Positions 35,144-43,933 of a stretch of DNA of 64,000 nt are shown here, in pieces (position 1 is the stretch's first letter; every line of letters begins with the position of its first letter). The notes beneath the pieces are model-generated. The model did not search any database. It was not told the origin of the DNA and was given only the letters and a program-made list of their open reading frames with translations. The DNA comes from a virus (taxonomy: Duplodnaviria; Caudoviricetes): the IMG/VR virus record IMGVR_UViG_3300038393_001585, positions 709 through 64,708 of that record, one strand, 5' to 3'. The position numbers and the translations under genes were made by a program.

Positions 35144-35608
35144 ATGACCACCGAGACCAACCCCACCCATGCCGCCATGACCGACCAGGAGGCCGCCGCC
35201 AAAGCCCGGCGGATCATCGCGGACTTCGCCACCAGCTACCGTGACGACTCGCTGCCCAGCGTCCCCACCATCGGCGACGCCCCACCCGTGCTCCAGCCCG
35301 ACAAGCGGATCGTGCCCGCGTGGGCCGCCGGGATCGCAGTCGCCTCCATCGGCGTCGGAGCCGGCACCACCGGCATCGGCTGCGCCGCCTGGCTCATCCT
35401 CAAAGGCCTCGCCGCCGTCACCCTCGACAGCGTCCTCATGGTCACCCTGCCGATCGCCGCACTGGCCATGCTCGTCACCGCCATCGGCGCCGCCATCAAC
35501 CGGGCCCGGCCCACGGTCACCACCAACGTCTACAAGGGGACCGTCCACCAGAAGAACATCCACAGCCGGACAACCGGCGTGTGGGCCAAGACCTCCAACC
35601 GGCCGTGA
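35144..35608 (+). CDS. Spd-like two-TM membrane protein
   Basis: TSYRDD...PPV.QP then two TM helices; GGAG RBS. Confidence 0.6.
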   Translation: MTTETNPTHAAMTDQEAAAKARRIIADFATSYRDDSLPSVPTIGDAPPVLQPDKRIVPAWAAGIAVASIGVGAGTTGIGCAAWLILKGLAAVTLDSVLMVTLPIAALAMLVTAIGAAINRARPTVTTNVYKGTVHQKNIHSRTTGVWAKTSNRP

Positions 35609-35735
35609 AGCCGGGACGCAAGAACGCGCGTTCGGGTTGCCTGGACCACCAAATCTTTTCCATGAACCATGCAACCATCCATCACTCGCACAAGTCCTTC
35701 ACATGTAATCCACAGACATCCCTTTGGGGGGGATC

Positions 35736-36389
35736 TTGAACCAGAACCCGCAGCAGCCTCCGCAGCCCGGCTGGAACGGCCCGCAGCAGCCCGGACAGCC
35801 GCAGCCCGGATGGGGCATGCCGCCGCAGCCGCCGAAGCGCAAGGCCGGAAAGATCGTCGGCCTCGGATGCCTCGGCGTCGTCGCCTTGTTCATCATCATC
35901 GGCATCATCGGTGCCGCCACCGGAAGCGGCTCCAGCAACAACGCCAGCAAGGGCACCGCCGCGACCCACAGCACCACGCCCAACCCCGGTAAGGCGAAGG
36001 ACACGACGCCCACGGCCAGCAGCAAGCCGAAGACCACGGACAAGCCCAAGCCCGCGGCCAAGCCCGCACCCAAGCCGAAGCCGAAGCCGAAGGTCGTCAC
36101 CTTCAAGGTGTGGGGCACCGCCCCGGCCGGCGCGCTCGGCGGCCTGGACATCACCTACGGCTCCGACAGCGACAACCGCCAGGGCCACTTCTCCAACGGC
36201 AAGTTCGAGGCCACCCTGCCTCTGAACGACAAGGCCATGTACTACACGGTGACCGCCCAGCTGCAGGGCTCGGGCGACATCCACTGTTCCGTCACTGTCG
36301 ACGGCCAGACCAAGCAGGGTCACGCGTCCGGCGGGTACAACATCTGCGATGCCCAGCTGTCCGGCGGCCTCTTCGGCGGCTGGGACTAG
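35736..36389 (+). CDS. Membrane-anchored surface protein (Pro/Lys linker, MmpS-like C-domain)
   Basis: Gln/Pro N-terminus, TM, PKPK linker, VTAQLQGSGDIHCSVTVDG...C. Confidence 0.7.
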   Translation: MNQNPQQPPQPGWNGPQQPGQPQPGWGMPPQPPKRKAGKIVGLGCLGVVALFIIIGIIGAATGSGSSNNASKGTAATHSTTPNPGKAKDTTPTASSKPKTTDKPKPAAKPAPKPKPKPKVVTFKVWGTAPAGALGGLDITYGSDSDNRQGHFSNGKFEATLPLNDKAMYYTVTAQLQGSGDIHCSVTVDGQTKQGHASGGYNICDAQLSGGLFGGWD

Positions 36390-36403
36390 ACCCCCCAAGG
36401 GAA

Positions 36404-36438
36404 GAGGCCCGGTCGTACCCCCAGTGCGGCCGGGCCTC
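36404..36438. terminator. Hairpin terminator
   Basis: GAGGCCCGGTCGT / GCGGCCGGGCCTC then CTTT. Confidence 0.6.
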
Positions 36439-36572
36439 CTTTGGGTGTAGGGCTTGCTTGACCTGCCGATCACCGGTATGTCACAGTGGCCCCGTCCGGA
36501 TACCCGTGTGTCCGCAGTTACTTGAGCCCCCAGCTTCCGGCCGGGGGCTTTCTGCATGTTCGGGGGGTGCCC

Positions 36573-36815
36573 ATGGACGTGACCGAGCTGTACCCCGACG
36601 ACCTCGTCTACGAGCATGAAGCGACCGAAGCAACCGGCGTCCCCGGCACCGTGATCCGGCAGTGGGCGCGGCGAGGGAAGATCCACCGCTTCCAGGGCAA
36701 CGGCCAACTCACCGGCCAAGGCCACGAGTACAAGACGATGTACGCCCTGCCCGAGATACAGCAGCGCGCGGCCACCTACCGGCCCATGCCGCAACGCGCC
36801 CGCCGCGCCGCCTGA
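36573..36815 (+). CDS. MerR-like HTH DNA-binding protein
   Basis: EATEATGVPGTVIRQWARRGKI...MYALPEI. Confidence 0.7.
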   Translation: MDVTELYPDDLVYEHEATEATGVPGTVIRQWARRGKIHRFQGNGQLTGQGHEYKTMYALPEIQQRAATYRPMPQRARRAA

Positions 36816-36878
36816 GCGTCCCGCCGTCCGTCGTGCCCCCGCCACGGGCGGCGGGACTCGCAACTCTGGGAGGCGGCG

Positions 36879-37961
36879 ATGGCGTTCCCGGCAGGTACTC
36901 CCGTTGTCACCCTTACCGGCACGCTGCCGTCCGCGGTCGCCGGCACCGGCTACGGCGGGCAGGTAGTCGCCACCCCGTCCGCTGTGCTCACCGACGAGAC
37001 CCGGCACGCCGTCTACCCCGGCGGCGGGAAAGCCGACATCGTCGACGGCACCTTCACGGTGCAGCTGATCCCGAACGATGCGGCCGGGATCCTGCCGACC
37101 GGATGGAAGTGGTACATCGACGTCCAGCCGTCCCGCGCCCGGCGGATCGCGTTCTGGTGCGACATCCACGGCGCCGACGGATCCACGATCCACCTCGACG
37201 ACCTCGTACCTGCGCAGGCGCCCGGCGGCGGCACCGCTGGCACACCAGGCGAGAGCGCCTACGAAGTTGCTGTCGAGCAGGGGTTCACCGGCACGGTCAC
37301 CCAGTGGCTGGCCTCGCTCGTCGGCCCCGCAGGTCCGCAAGGTCCCGCCGGGCCGACGGGCACTCAGGGCCCCAAGGGCGATACCGGCGCGCAAGGCCCT
37401 GCCGGCCCGGCTGGTGCCGACGGTGCGCAAGGTCCACAAGGCCCGGCCGGTGCGACAGGACCCCAGGGTCCTCAGGGTAATCCCGGACCTCCGGGTCCCG
37501 GCTCCCCGATCAAGACGGTCACAGCACGCATCACCGACGACAACCTGTCCGGCCTGCCCTCCGCGGCCAGTTGGACGGTTGTGCAGACGTCCGCGGGGAC
37601 GCCGTTGCAGTGCTCGATCGCCGCCGTTGCCGGGGACCGGATCAAGCTGTACGGGGCGTTCATGTACCAGGGCGCCCACTATCTCGACTGGGCGCTCCTG
37701 GCTTCTGACGGATCGATCGCCCTGTACGCGGCTTCGGGGACGAGCAGCCCGCTCAGCGAGGGCAACCCCACGATGTATCCGTCCACGAGCTTCTCGCGGA
37801 TGTCGACGGGCGACATGGTCACCGTCGGAGCTGGTCACATCAACAACGGCATGATCACGATCGCGCTCGCCCACCAAGGCACCGCGGCTGGCACCGTCTA
37901 CGCCCACCCCGTCTACCCGTGGCGTCTACGCCTGGAAAACGTCGGCCCTGAGCCGTCCTGA
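36879..37961 (+). CDS. Collagen-repeat virion fibre protein
   Basis: N-terminal beta domain, GESAYEVAV...WLASLVG, Gly-X-Y run, C-terminal beta domain. Confidence 0.8.
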   Translation: MAFPAGTPVVTLTGTLPSAVAGTGYGGQVVATPSAVLTDETRHAVYPGGGKADIVDGTFTVQLIPNDAAGILPTGWKWYIDVQPSRARRIAFWCDIHGADGSTIHLDDLVPAQAPGGGTAGTPGESAYEVAVEQGFTGTVTQWLASLVGPAGPQGPAGPTGTQGPKGDTGAQGPAGPAGADGAQGPQGPAGATGPQGPQGNPGPPGPGSPIKTVTARITDDNLSGLPSAASWTVVQTSAGTPLQCSIAAVAGDRIKLYGAFMYQGAHYLDWALLASDGSIALYAASGTSSPLSEGNPTMYPSTSFSRMSTGDMVTVGAGHINNGMITIALAHQGTAAGTVYAHPVYPWRLRLENVGPEPS

Positions 37962-37972
37962 GAGGAGGCCCC

Positions 37973-38356
37973 GTGGCCGACAACTTGACGAACACGGCGG
38001 AGAACCGGGCGCTGGACTGGATAAACGGGCTGACGTCGACGGCTCCGACGACACCCCTGAAGGTGGCGCTCGTGACCGCGAACGGTGACGACGCGACCGC
38101 GGGCACGGAGGTGACGGGCGGCGGCTACGCGCGGCAGACCCTGACCGTTGCCGCAGCCGTCAGCGGGGCGACCAGCAACTCGGCGGACCTTGTGTTCACG
38201 AACATGCCGGCGTGCACGGTCGTCGGTGTGGAGATCTGGGACAGTGCCGGCGCCCCGGTGCGGCTCTGGTACGGCGCGCTGAGCGCCAGCCGGGCCGTGA
38301 ACGCTGGCGACGACTTCAAGCTGGTGGCCGGAGCGCTCTCGCTGTCGCTGAGCTGA
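37973..38356 (+). CDS. Virion fibre/adapter protein
   Basis: EVTGGGYARQT...NSADLVF...VVGVEIWD...L.YGAL...VNAGD. Confidence 0.7.
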   Translation: MADNLTNTAENRALDWINGLTSTAPTTPLKVALVTANGDDATAGTEVTGGGYARQTLTVAAAVSGATSNSADLVFTNMPACTVVGVEIWDSAGAPVRLWYGALSASRAVNAGDDFKLVAGALSLSLS

Positions 38357-38366
38357 GGAGGCGCCC

Positions 38367-39473
38367 GTGCCGATCCTCTCCACGCTGGTCGACAACTTCA
38401 ACGACGGGACGATCGGACCCGACTGGGGCAACAGCTACGGCGGCGCCTACGAGTCCGGCGGCTTCGCCCACGTGCCATGCACGACGGGTTTCGCCGGATT
38501 GCAGACCGCCTACAGCTGGACGTTCGCCGGGGCCAGCCTCTTCGTGAAGATCGTGTCCGTGCCAGCGGCGTCGACGGCGACGGAGGCTTACTGCGGCGTC
38601 CTCGTCAACTCGGGCACGGACGGCACCCGCATCGGGTTCACGATCAAGCTCGGTGCGACGCTGCGCATGCAGAACGACGTCGGCTACTTCGACGCGAGCG
38701 CTGTCGAGATCCCCTACGACCCCGTGGCCCACGCTTTCCTGCGGCTCCGTGAGGACGGCACGAACGTCTACTGGGACACGTCGCCCGACGGGACCACGTG
38801 GACCAACCGCAGGACGCTCGCCAGCCCGGCGTGGATCGCCACCGCGATCGACCAGTGCGCGCTCGACATGAGCGCCCACCGCGACGCCGGCACCAACGAC
38901 GAGGCCACCTACGACCTGTTCAACACGCTCAGCAACGGCGCCGTCGTCACCGGAATCGCGGCTCTCGCAGCTGGCAGCAGCCTCACCGCGACCGCCACAG
39001 CCACCGTCCAGGCGACCGCCGCACTCACAGCCGACAGCAGCATCAACACCACCCCTGCGGTCGCCGTGCACGCGGCGGCAGCCTTGACCGCAGGCTCGAC
39101 ATTGATGGCAGACGCGTTCAGCGAGGGCATCCCGGAGGTGGCTGGCTTGGCTGCGGGAGACCTCGACCTCACGATCGAGCAGGGCTCGACGTTCGTGCAG
39201 ACGTACACCGTGACCGACGCCGGCTTCACGTGGGACGGTTGGACGGCCCGCGCGCAGATCCGGTCTGCGCCTGCCGACAGCGGCGAGCTGCTCCTCGACC
39301 TCGCCCCCTACCTGACGGTCATCGGTGCTGCGGTGCGGCTGGCGATCCCCGCCAGCGTGACGCAGACCCTCACCCGCAACGGCGTGTGGGATCTTGAGAT
39401 GGTCAGCGGCACCACGGTGGTGCGGATCCTGCAGGGCAAGGTCACCATGTCGCTGGAGGTGACCAGGACGTGA
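38367..39473 (+). CDS. Virion protein (lectin-like N-domain plus adapter-like C-domain)
   Basis: LVDNFND...FLRLRE...YWDTSPDG; DLTIEQGSTF...WDLEM...RILQGKVT. Confidence 0.65.
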   Translation: MPILSTLVDNFNDGTIGPDWGNSYGGAYESGGFAHVPCTTGFAGLQTAYSWTFAGASLFVKIVSVPAASTATEAYCGVLVNSGTDGTRIGFTIKLGATLRMQNDVGYFDASAVEIPYDPVAHAFLRLREDGTNVYWDTSPDGTTWTNRRTLASPAWIATAIDQCALDMSAHRDAGTNDEATYDLFNTLSNGAVVTGIAALAAGSSLTATATATVQATAALTADSSINTTPAVAVHAAAALTAGSTLMADAFSEGIPEVAGLAAGDLDLTIEQGSTFVQTYTVTDAGFTWDGWTARAQIRSAPADSGELLLDLAPYLTVIGAAVRLAIPASVTQTLTRNGVWDLEMVSGTTVVRILQGKVTMSLEVTRT

Positions 39474-41239
39474 AAATCCAGGTCACTGGCGAGACCGATC
39501 CCAGCGCGATCGATGTCGAGGGCGGGGAGCCCGCCACCGTCGTCGAGGTCACCTCCGGGTTCGTGTCCTCCGTCAACGGAAAGACGGGAGGCGTCATCCT
39601 CGGCGCGGCTGATGTCGGCGCCGACTCGACCGGTGCGGCAGCCGCGGCCCAGACAGCGGCGATCAGCGCCGCAGCCGACGATGCGACGGCGAAGGTGGCC
39701 GCACACGTTGCGGCCGTCGACCCGCATGGCGACCGCGCCTATACGGACAGCCGGATCACCGTCGACTGGGTCAACGTCAAGAAGACCTACGGCGCCAAAG
39801 GCGACGGCACGACAGACGACACGGCAGCCATCCAGGCCGCCATCGACTCGGGCTCGCCGGTGTACTTCCCGCCCGGCGTCTACCTGACGGGCACGCTCGA
39901 AGCCCGCCTCGGCATGGTCCTCATCGGCGCCATGCGCTCCGCCTACGCCTACCCTGTGCCGTCCACCCGCTCAGCCACGCTCAAGCTGAAGAGCGGCACG
40001 AACGGCAACCTGATCCACGCCGCCGACGGCATCAACAACGTCCAGATCAGCAGCCTCGCCTTCGACGGGAACAAGGCAGGCAACAGCAGCGGCGACATCA
40101 TCCACCTGGATACCGCCAGCGCCCAGGACACGTCGTGGCACATCAGCGACTGCTACTTCGACAACGCCCCCGCCAACGGTGTCTTCATCGGCTCCGGCCG
40201 CCAAGCAGTCAAGATCCACCGCACGTGGATCATGCGAGCCGCGAACGCCGGGATCATCGTCAACGGGCCCGACTGCGGCTTCAACACCGTCCTGATCGGC
40301 CTCTCCGGCGCCTACGGCATGTACATCGGCAACGGCGCCAACGTCCAGCACATCACCGACTGCGACATCTGGTCATCCACCCAGCACGGTATCGTCGTCG
40401 ACAACGCCTCCATGGTGGCCATCACCGGCACCGGCATCGACCGGCACCAGCAGTCCGGCATCGTCGTCCTCAATGGCGACGTCACCATCCGCGGCTGCAT
40501 GCTCCACGGCAACAGCCAGGCCGCCAACTCGACCTACCCGCACATCCGGGTCGACGCCGGCAACGTCATCGTGTCCGGCTGCATCTTCGGCGGCACCACG
40601 TTCGTCAACAATCCGAACTACGCGATCAGCACCACCAACGGGAAGATCCGCGAAAGCAGCAACTCGTCCACCGCCCAGTCGTACACGACCGGGTTCATCA
40701 ACAACCTTGCCGCTCTCATCCCCGACGACCGGCAATGGCAGCCCACCGACATGGGGCTCCTCGCCTGGACCCACGACCCGCTCGCAGCAGCCGGCACCAT
40801 CGCCAGCACCAGCGGCAGCGTGTACTTCATGAAGATCCCCATCCGGCGCATGACCACGGTGACCAACATCGTCCTCACCGTCACCACGGCCGGATCCGGG
40901 CTCACCGCCGGGCAGAACCTGGTCGGCCTGTACGACTCGGCCGGCAACCGGCTCGCCGTCAGCGCCGACCAGTCCACCGCATTCACCACCACCGGCACCA
41001 AGACGATCCCGCTGACCACACCGCTGCTCGTCCAGCCCGGCTACTACTACATCGCGGTCATGTCCAACGGGACCACGCCCGCCGCGCTCATGTACACGGT
41101 GGTGCAGTCCGCCGCCGCCCTCAACCTGAACAGCTCGCTGCGGTTCCTCAACATCACCGGGCAGACCAGCCTCCCGGCAACGTTCACGCCCGGGACAGCA
41201 AGCACCGGCACTAACGCCCGCTGGGCAGCCATCAGCTAA
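39470..41239 (+). CDS. Tailspike / depolymerase (pectate-lyase-3-like beta-helix)
   Basis: NVKKTYGAKGDGTTDDTAAIQAAID...VYFPPGVY followed by beta-helix repeats. Confidence 0.85.
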   Translation: MKIQVTGETDPSAIDVEGGEPATVVEVTSGFVSSVNGKTGGVILGAADVGADSTGAAAAAQTAAISAAADDATAKVAAHVAAVDPHGDRAYTDSRITVDWVNVKKTYGAKGDGTTDDTAAIQAAIDSGSPVYFPPGVYLTGTLEARLGMVLIGAMRSAYAYPVPSTRSATLKLKSGTNGNLIHAADGINNVQISSLAFDGNKAGNSSGDIIHLDTASAQDTSWHISDCYFDNAPANGVFIGSGRQAVKIHRTWIMRAANAGIIVNGPDCGFNTVLIGLSGAYGMYIGNGANVQHITDCDIWSSTQHGIVVDNASMVAITGTGIDRHQQSGIVVLNGDVTIRGCMLHGNSQAANSTYPHIRVDAGNVIVSGCIFGGTTFVNNPNYAISTTNGKIRESSNSSTAQSYTTGFINNLAALIPDDRQWQPTDMGLLAWTHDPLAAAGTIASTSGSVYFMKIPIRRMTTVTNIVLTVTTAGSGLTAGQNLVGLYDSAGNRLAVSADQSTAFTTTGTKTIPLTTPLLVQPGYYYIAVMSNGTTPAALMYTVVQSAAALNLNSSLRFLNITGQTSLPATFTPGTASTGTNARWAAIS

Positions 41240-41257
41240 CCGCCTAAGGAGAGCGTC

Positions 41258-41800
41258 ATGCCGACGAGCATCGCCGAGGGCAAGGACTGGTCCCTCGAAC
41301 GGTTCAAGCGACACCAGCCCAACACCGTCACCGACGTCGGCCCGGGCGAAGGCACCTACGCCAAGCTGTTCCGGCCCGAGCGCAAGGGCATCTGGTGGAC
41401 CGCCATCGAGATCCACAAGCCCTACGTCGCCAAGTACAAGCTGAAGTCGACCAAGACGCGCAGCATGTACGACGAGATCCACGTCGAAGACGCCCGCGAG
41501 AGCGACGACCACCTGTTCCACCGGGACCTCGTCATCTTCGGCGATGTCCTGGAGCACATGCCCCGCGAGGACGCCATTGCTCTGCTGCAGAAGGCAGAGC
41601 AGGCCGGCGCCTGGAACATCCTCGTGTCCCTGCCGATCGTCGAGGCCCCGCAGAGTGAGGTTGACGGCAACCCGCACGAGGCCCACGTCCACCAGTGGGA
41701 CGCTGACGACATGGACCAGGTGCTCGCCTCCCTCGGCGGCCGGACTGAGTCCATGCGCGGCAGCACGCTCGGCGTGTGGTGGTGGAGTCGACGCATCTGA
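41258..41800 (+). CDS. Class I SAM-dependent methyltransferase
   Basis: DVGPGEG motif I, IEIH, FGDVLEH. Confidence 0.8.
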   Translation: MPTSIAEGKDWSLERFKRHQPNTVTDVGPGEGTYAKLFRPERKGIWWTAIEIHKPYVAKYKLKSTKTRSMYDEIHVEDARESDDHLFHRDLVIFGDVLEHMPREDAIALLQKAEQAGAWNILVSLPIVEAPQSEVDGNPHEAHVHQWDADDMDQVLASLGGRTESMRGSTLGVWWWSRRI

Positions 41801-41826
41801 CCCAACGACACGGAAGGCCCGCGCCC

Positions 41827-42006
41827 ATGGCCCGTTACCGCATCGCCTACCTTGACGGCGAGACCGAAACCATCACCGCCGCCAATCTCGAACCCTCCGG
41901 CAACCAGTACATCGCTTGGGTCGGAGACGGCTCCGCAGCCGCCTACATCCCCGCCGCCAACGTCCGCAGCATCGTTCGGCAGGACGACGAGGCGGTGACC
42001 GACTGA
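41827..42006 (+). CDS. Hypothetical protein
   Basis: GGAAGG RBS. Confidence 0.55.
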   Translation: MARYRIAYLDGETETITAANLEPSGNQYIAWVGDGSAAAYIPAANVRSIVRQDDEAVTD

Positions 42007-42275
42007 TGTCGAGGTTGAGGAAGACCGATGGGCCGCGCGGCGCCGTGATCGAGATCGTCGAGAAGGGTCGTGTCACGAGCGACGCCACCATCGGAGACAG
42101 CGTCATTGTCCCGAACGACATCCGCATCAACGGGCAGTCTCTGCTCGCCTCCGCCGACGACCCCGTCATCCTGCATGAGGTCAGCACGCGAGCGGACGAA
42201 CTCGTGCGCGTCACGCTCACCCTGCTCGCCCGGCGTGTATCCATTCGCGCGGAGAACGACCTCGAAGGCTCGTGA
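42006..42275 (+). CDS. Hypothetical protein
   Basis: TGATG coupling. Confidence 0.55.
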   Translation: MSRLRKTDGPRGAVIEIVEKGRVTSDATIGDSVIVPNDIRINGQSLLASADDPVILHEVSTRADELVRVTLTLLARRVSIRAENDLEGS

Positions 42276-42562
42276 GCGGCGGCTGGCAGGGCTCGGACCG
42301 CAAGGCCCGGCTGCCGTCGAACTGGCCGCAGATCAGGGCCCGCGTCCTCGCCCGCGACCCGGTCTGCAAGATCTGCGGAGTGCGACCCAGCACCCACTGC
42401 GACCACGTCCAGGCCAAGACCGACGACCACGCCGAGGACCGGCTCCAAGGCGTGTGCGCAACCTGCCACAGTCTCAAGTCCAGCCGGGAAGGTAACGCCG
42501 CACCACGGCCGGCCAACGGCCGCACACGACCACCCGAGCAGCACCCCGGCCTGCGCGGGTAG
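42272..42562 (+). CDS. Packaging-associated HNH endonuclease
   Basis: VLARDPVCKIC...CDHV...LQGVCATCHSLKS, upstream of terminase. Confidence 0.85.
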   Translation: MSGGWQGSDRKARLPSNWPQIRARVLARDPVCKICGVRPSTHCDHVQAKTDDHAEDRLQGVCATCHSLKSSREGNAAPRPANGRTRPPEQHPGLRG

Positions 42563-42597
42563 GAGACAAGGAGCCCGCGCCCGAGGAGTGATCCATC

Positions 42598-42813
42598 GTG
42601 GCCAAGCTCAGTTCGAAGAAGCGGCGCTCCCTGCCGAAGTCGTCGTTCGCCCTCCCCGGCAAACGGAAGTACCCCGTCGACACAAAGGCCCGGGCGCGCA
42701 ACGCCCTCTCCCGGGTCGCGCAGCACGGGACGCCGGCCGAGAAGAAGGCGGTCCGAGCCAAGGTCGCCAAGCGCTACCCATCCATCGGCAAGCGCCGCAA
42801 GGGAGGCAAGTGA
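42598..42813 (+). CDS. Small highly basic protein (DUF6582-like)
   Basis: LPKSSFALPGKRKYPV...ARARNALSRVAQ. Confidence 0.65.
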   Translation: MAKLSSKKRRSLPKSSFALPGKRKYPVDTKARARNALSRVAQHGTPAEKKAVRAKVAKRYPSIGKRRKGGK

Positions 42814-43061
42814 TGGCAGCCCGAGGACGCGGAGCACGCAGCAAGCGAGGCAGCGCTGAGACGCTCAGGCGCTACTGGTCCACCGGAGAAGGCGCAGCAA
42901 AGATCAGGTGGAACACGCCAGGCGACTGGACTCGCTGCACCAAGCAGCTGCACAAGTACATGGGAGCCAGGGCCAAGGGCTACTGCCAACTGCTGCATCT
43001 CCGTAACACGGGGGTGGGCACAGGTAGCCGGCTCAACGTGGGCAGGCGCAGCGGCCGGTAG
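42813..43061 (+). CDS. Small basic protein
   Basis: LRRYW..GEGAAKIRW.TPGDW.RC...L.KY....AKGYC..LH. Confidence 0.65.
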   Translation: MAARGRGARSKRGSAETLRRYWSTGEGAAKIRWNTPGDWTRCTKQLHKYMGARAKGYCQLLHLRNTGVGTGSRLNVGRRSGR

Positions 43062-43129
43062 GGCAGGGCCCAAGCGGGCCGGCCACTAGCGGGTGCGGGC
43101 GAGGCAGGCTCGGAGCCGCGAGGTCTATG

Positions 43130-43344
43130 GATCATGCTTGGGTGATCGACTGCTCATGTGAGCAACCTTGATCGCATAAGCAGTTCGATCATGAAACGTC
43201 GAAGATCGATTCATGAAGATCGTCAGTCGAGTCGATCAAGGTGAGTGATCATCCGCCCAAGATCAACGATCACTCAAATCGAAGATCAATCAGGGCGATC
43301 TCAACCCAGGGGGGATAGCCCCCTCCCCGCCGGCTCCAGGGATC
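43130..43344. repeat. GATC-dense putative pac/cos region
   Basis: 13 GATC within 215 bp between HNH/basic genes and terS. Confidence 0.55.
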
Positions 43345-43498
43345 GGGGCCGTATAGCACCTGACTTTCTGTACGGGTTTCCTTGGCCCTTGGCCGACCCG
43401 ATCACGCACCGTGACCGCGCTCGCCCTGGAGGCGCCGCGGCCGGCGCGCCGTTCCTGCCCCGCGCGCCCTGGCGGCGTGCCTGACCCTGGAGGTCGCC

Positions 43499-43933
43499 AT
43501 GGGCACTCGTGGACCCATACCGGAGCGCTCCGAAGCGCGCCGCCGACGCAACAAGGATGACGGCCCGAAGCTGGCCCAGGCAGCGGCCGGGCCGCCGGTG
43601 GATCTGCCGGACCTGCCGGAGCCGGATCCGCTGTGGCATCCGATCGCCACCGACTGGTACCTGTCCCTGCGTGAGTCCGGGCAGGCCGTCTTCTATGAGC
43701 CGTCGGACTGGGCGATGGCCCGGTACGCTGCTGAGTTGATGTCCCGGGGCTTGTCCTCGGACCGGCCGCCGAACGGCCAGTACGTCTCGGCGCTCGACAG
43801 CGTGATGGCCCGCCTGCTGACGACCGAGGGGGACCGGCGTCGGGCGAGGATCGAGCTGGAGCGCAAGCCTGCCGGCCCGCAGCTGGCAGCGGTGAAGCCG
43901 CTGGACGCTTACCGTGACCTTGCTGGCGGCTGA
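43499..43933 (+). CDS. terS: Terminase small subunit
   Basis: MGTRGPIP.RS..RRRRN...WHPIA..WY..L..SGQ...TEGDRRRARIEL. Confidence 0.85.
   Translation: MGTRGPIPERSEARRRRNKDDGPKLAQAAAGPPVDLPDLPEPDPLWHPIATDWYLSLRESGQAVFYEPSDWAMARYAAELMSRGLSSDRPPNGQYVSALDSVMARLLTTEGDRRRARIELERKPAGPQLAAVKPLDAYRDLAGG

Noticed and set aside
27377-36400. Autonomous AICE or plasmid inserted in the prophage
   Set aside because: No own integrase, excisionase, rolling-circle Rep or flanking att repeats recognised in the cassette.
41258-41800. DNA methyltransferase acting on the GATC cluster
   Set aside because: Lacks DPPY/NPPY or PC motifs; GDVLEH fits small-molecule or sugar methyltransferases.
43114-43124. AGCCGCGAGGT shared with the minihelix linker
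   Set aside because: A single GC-rich 11-mer, plausible by chance; no surrounding tRNA-like stems.
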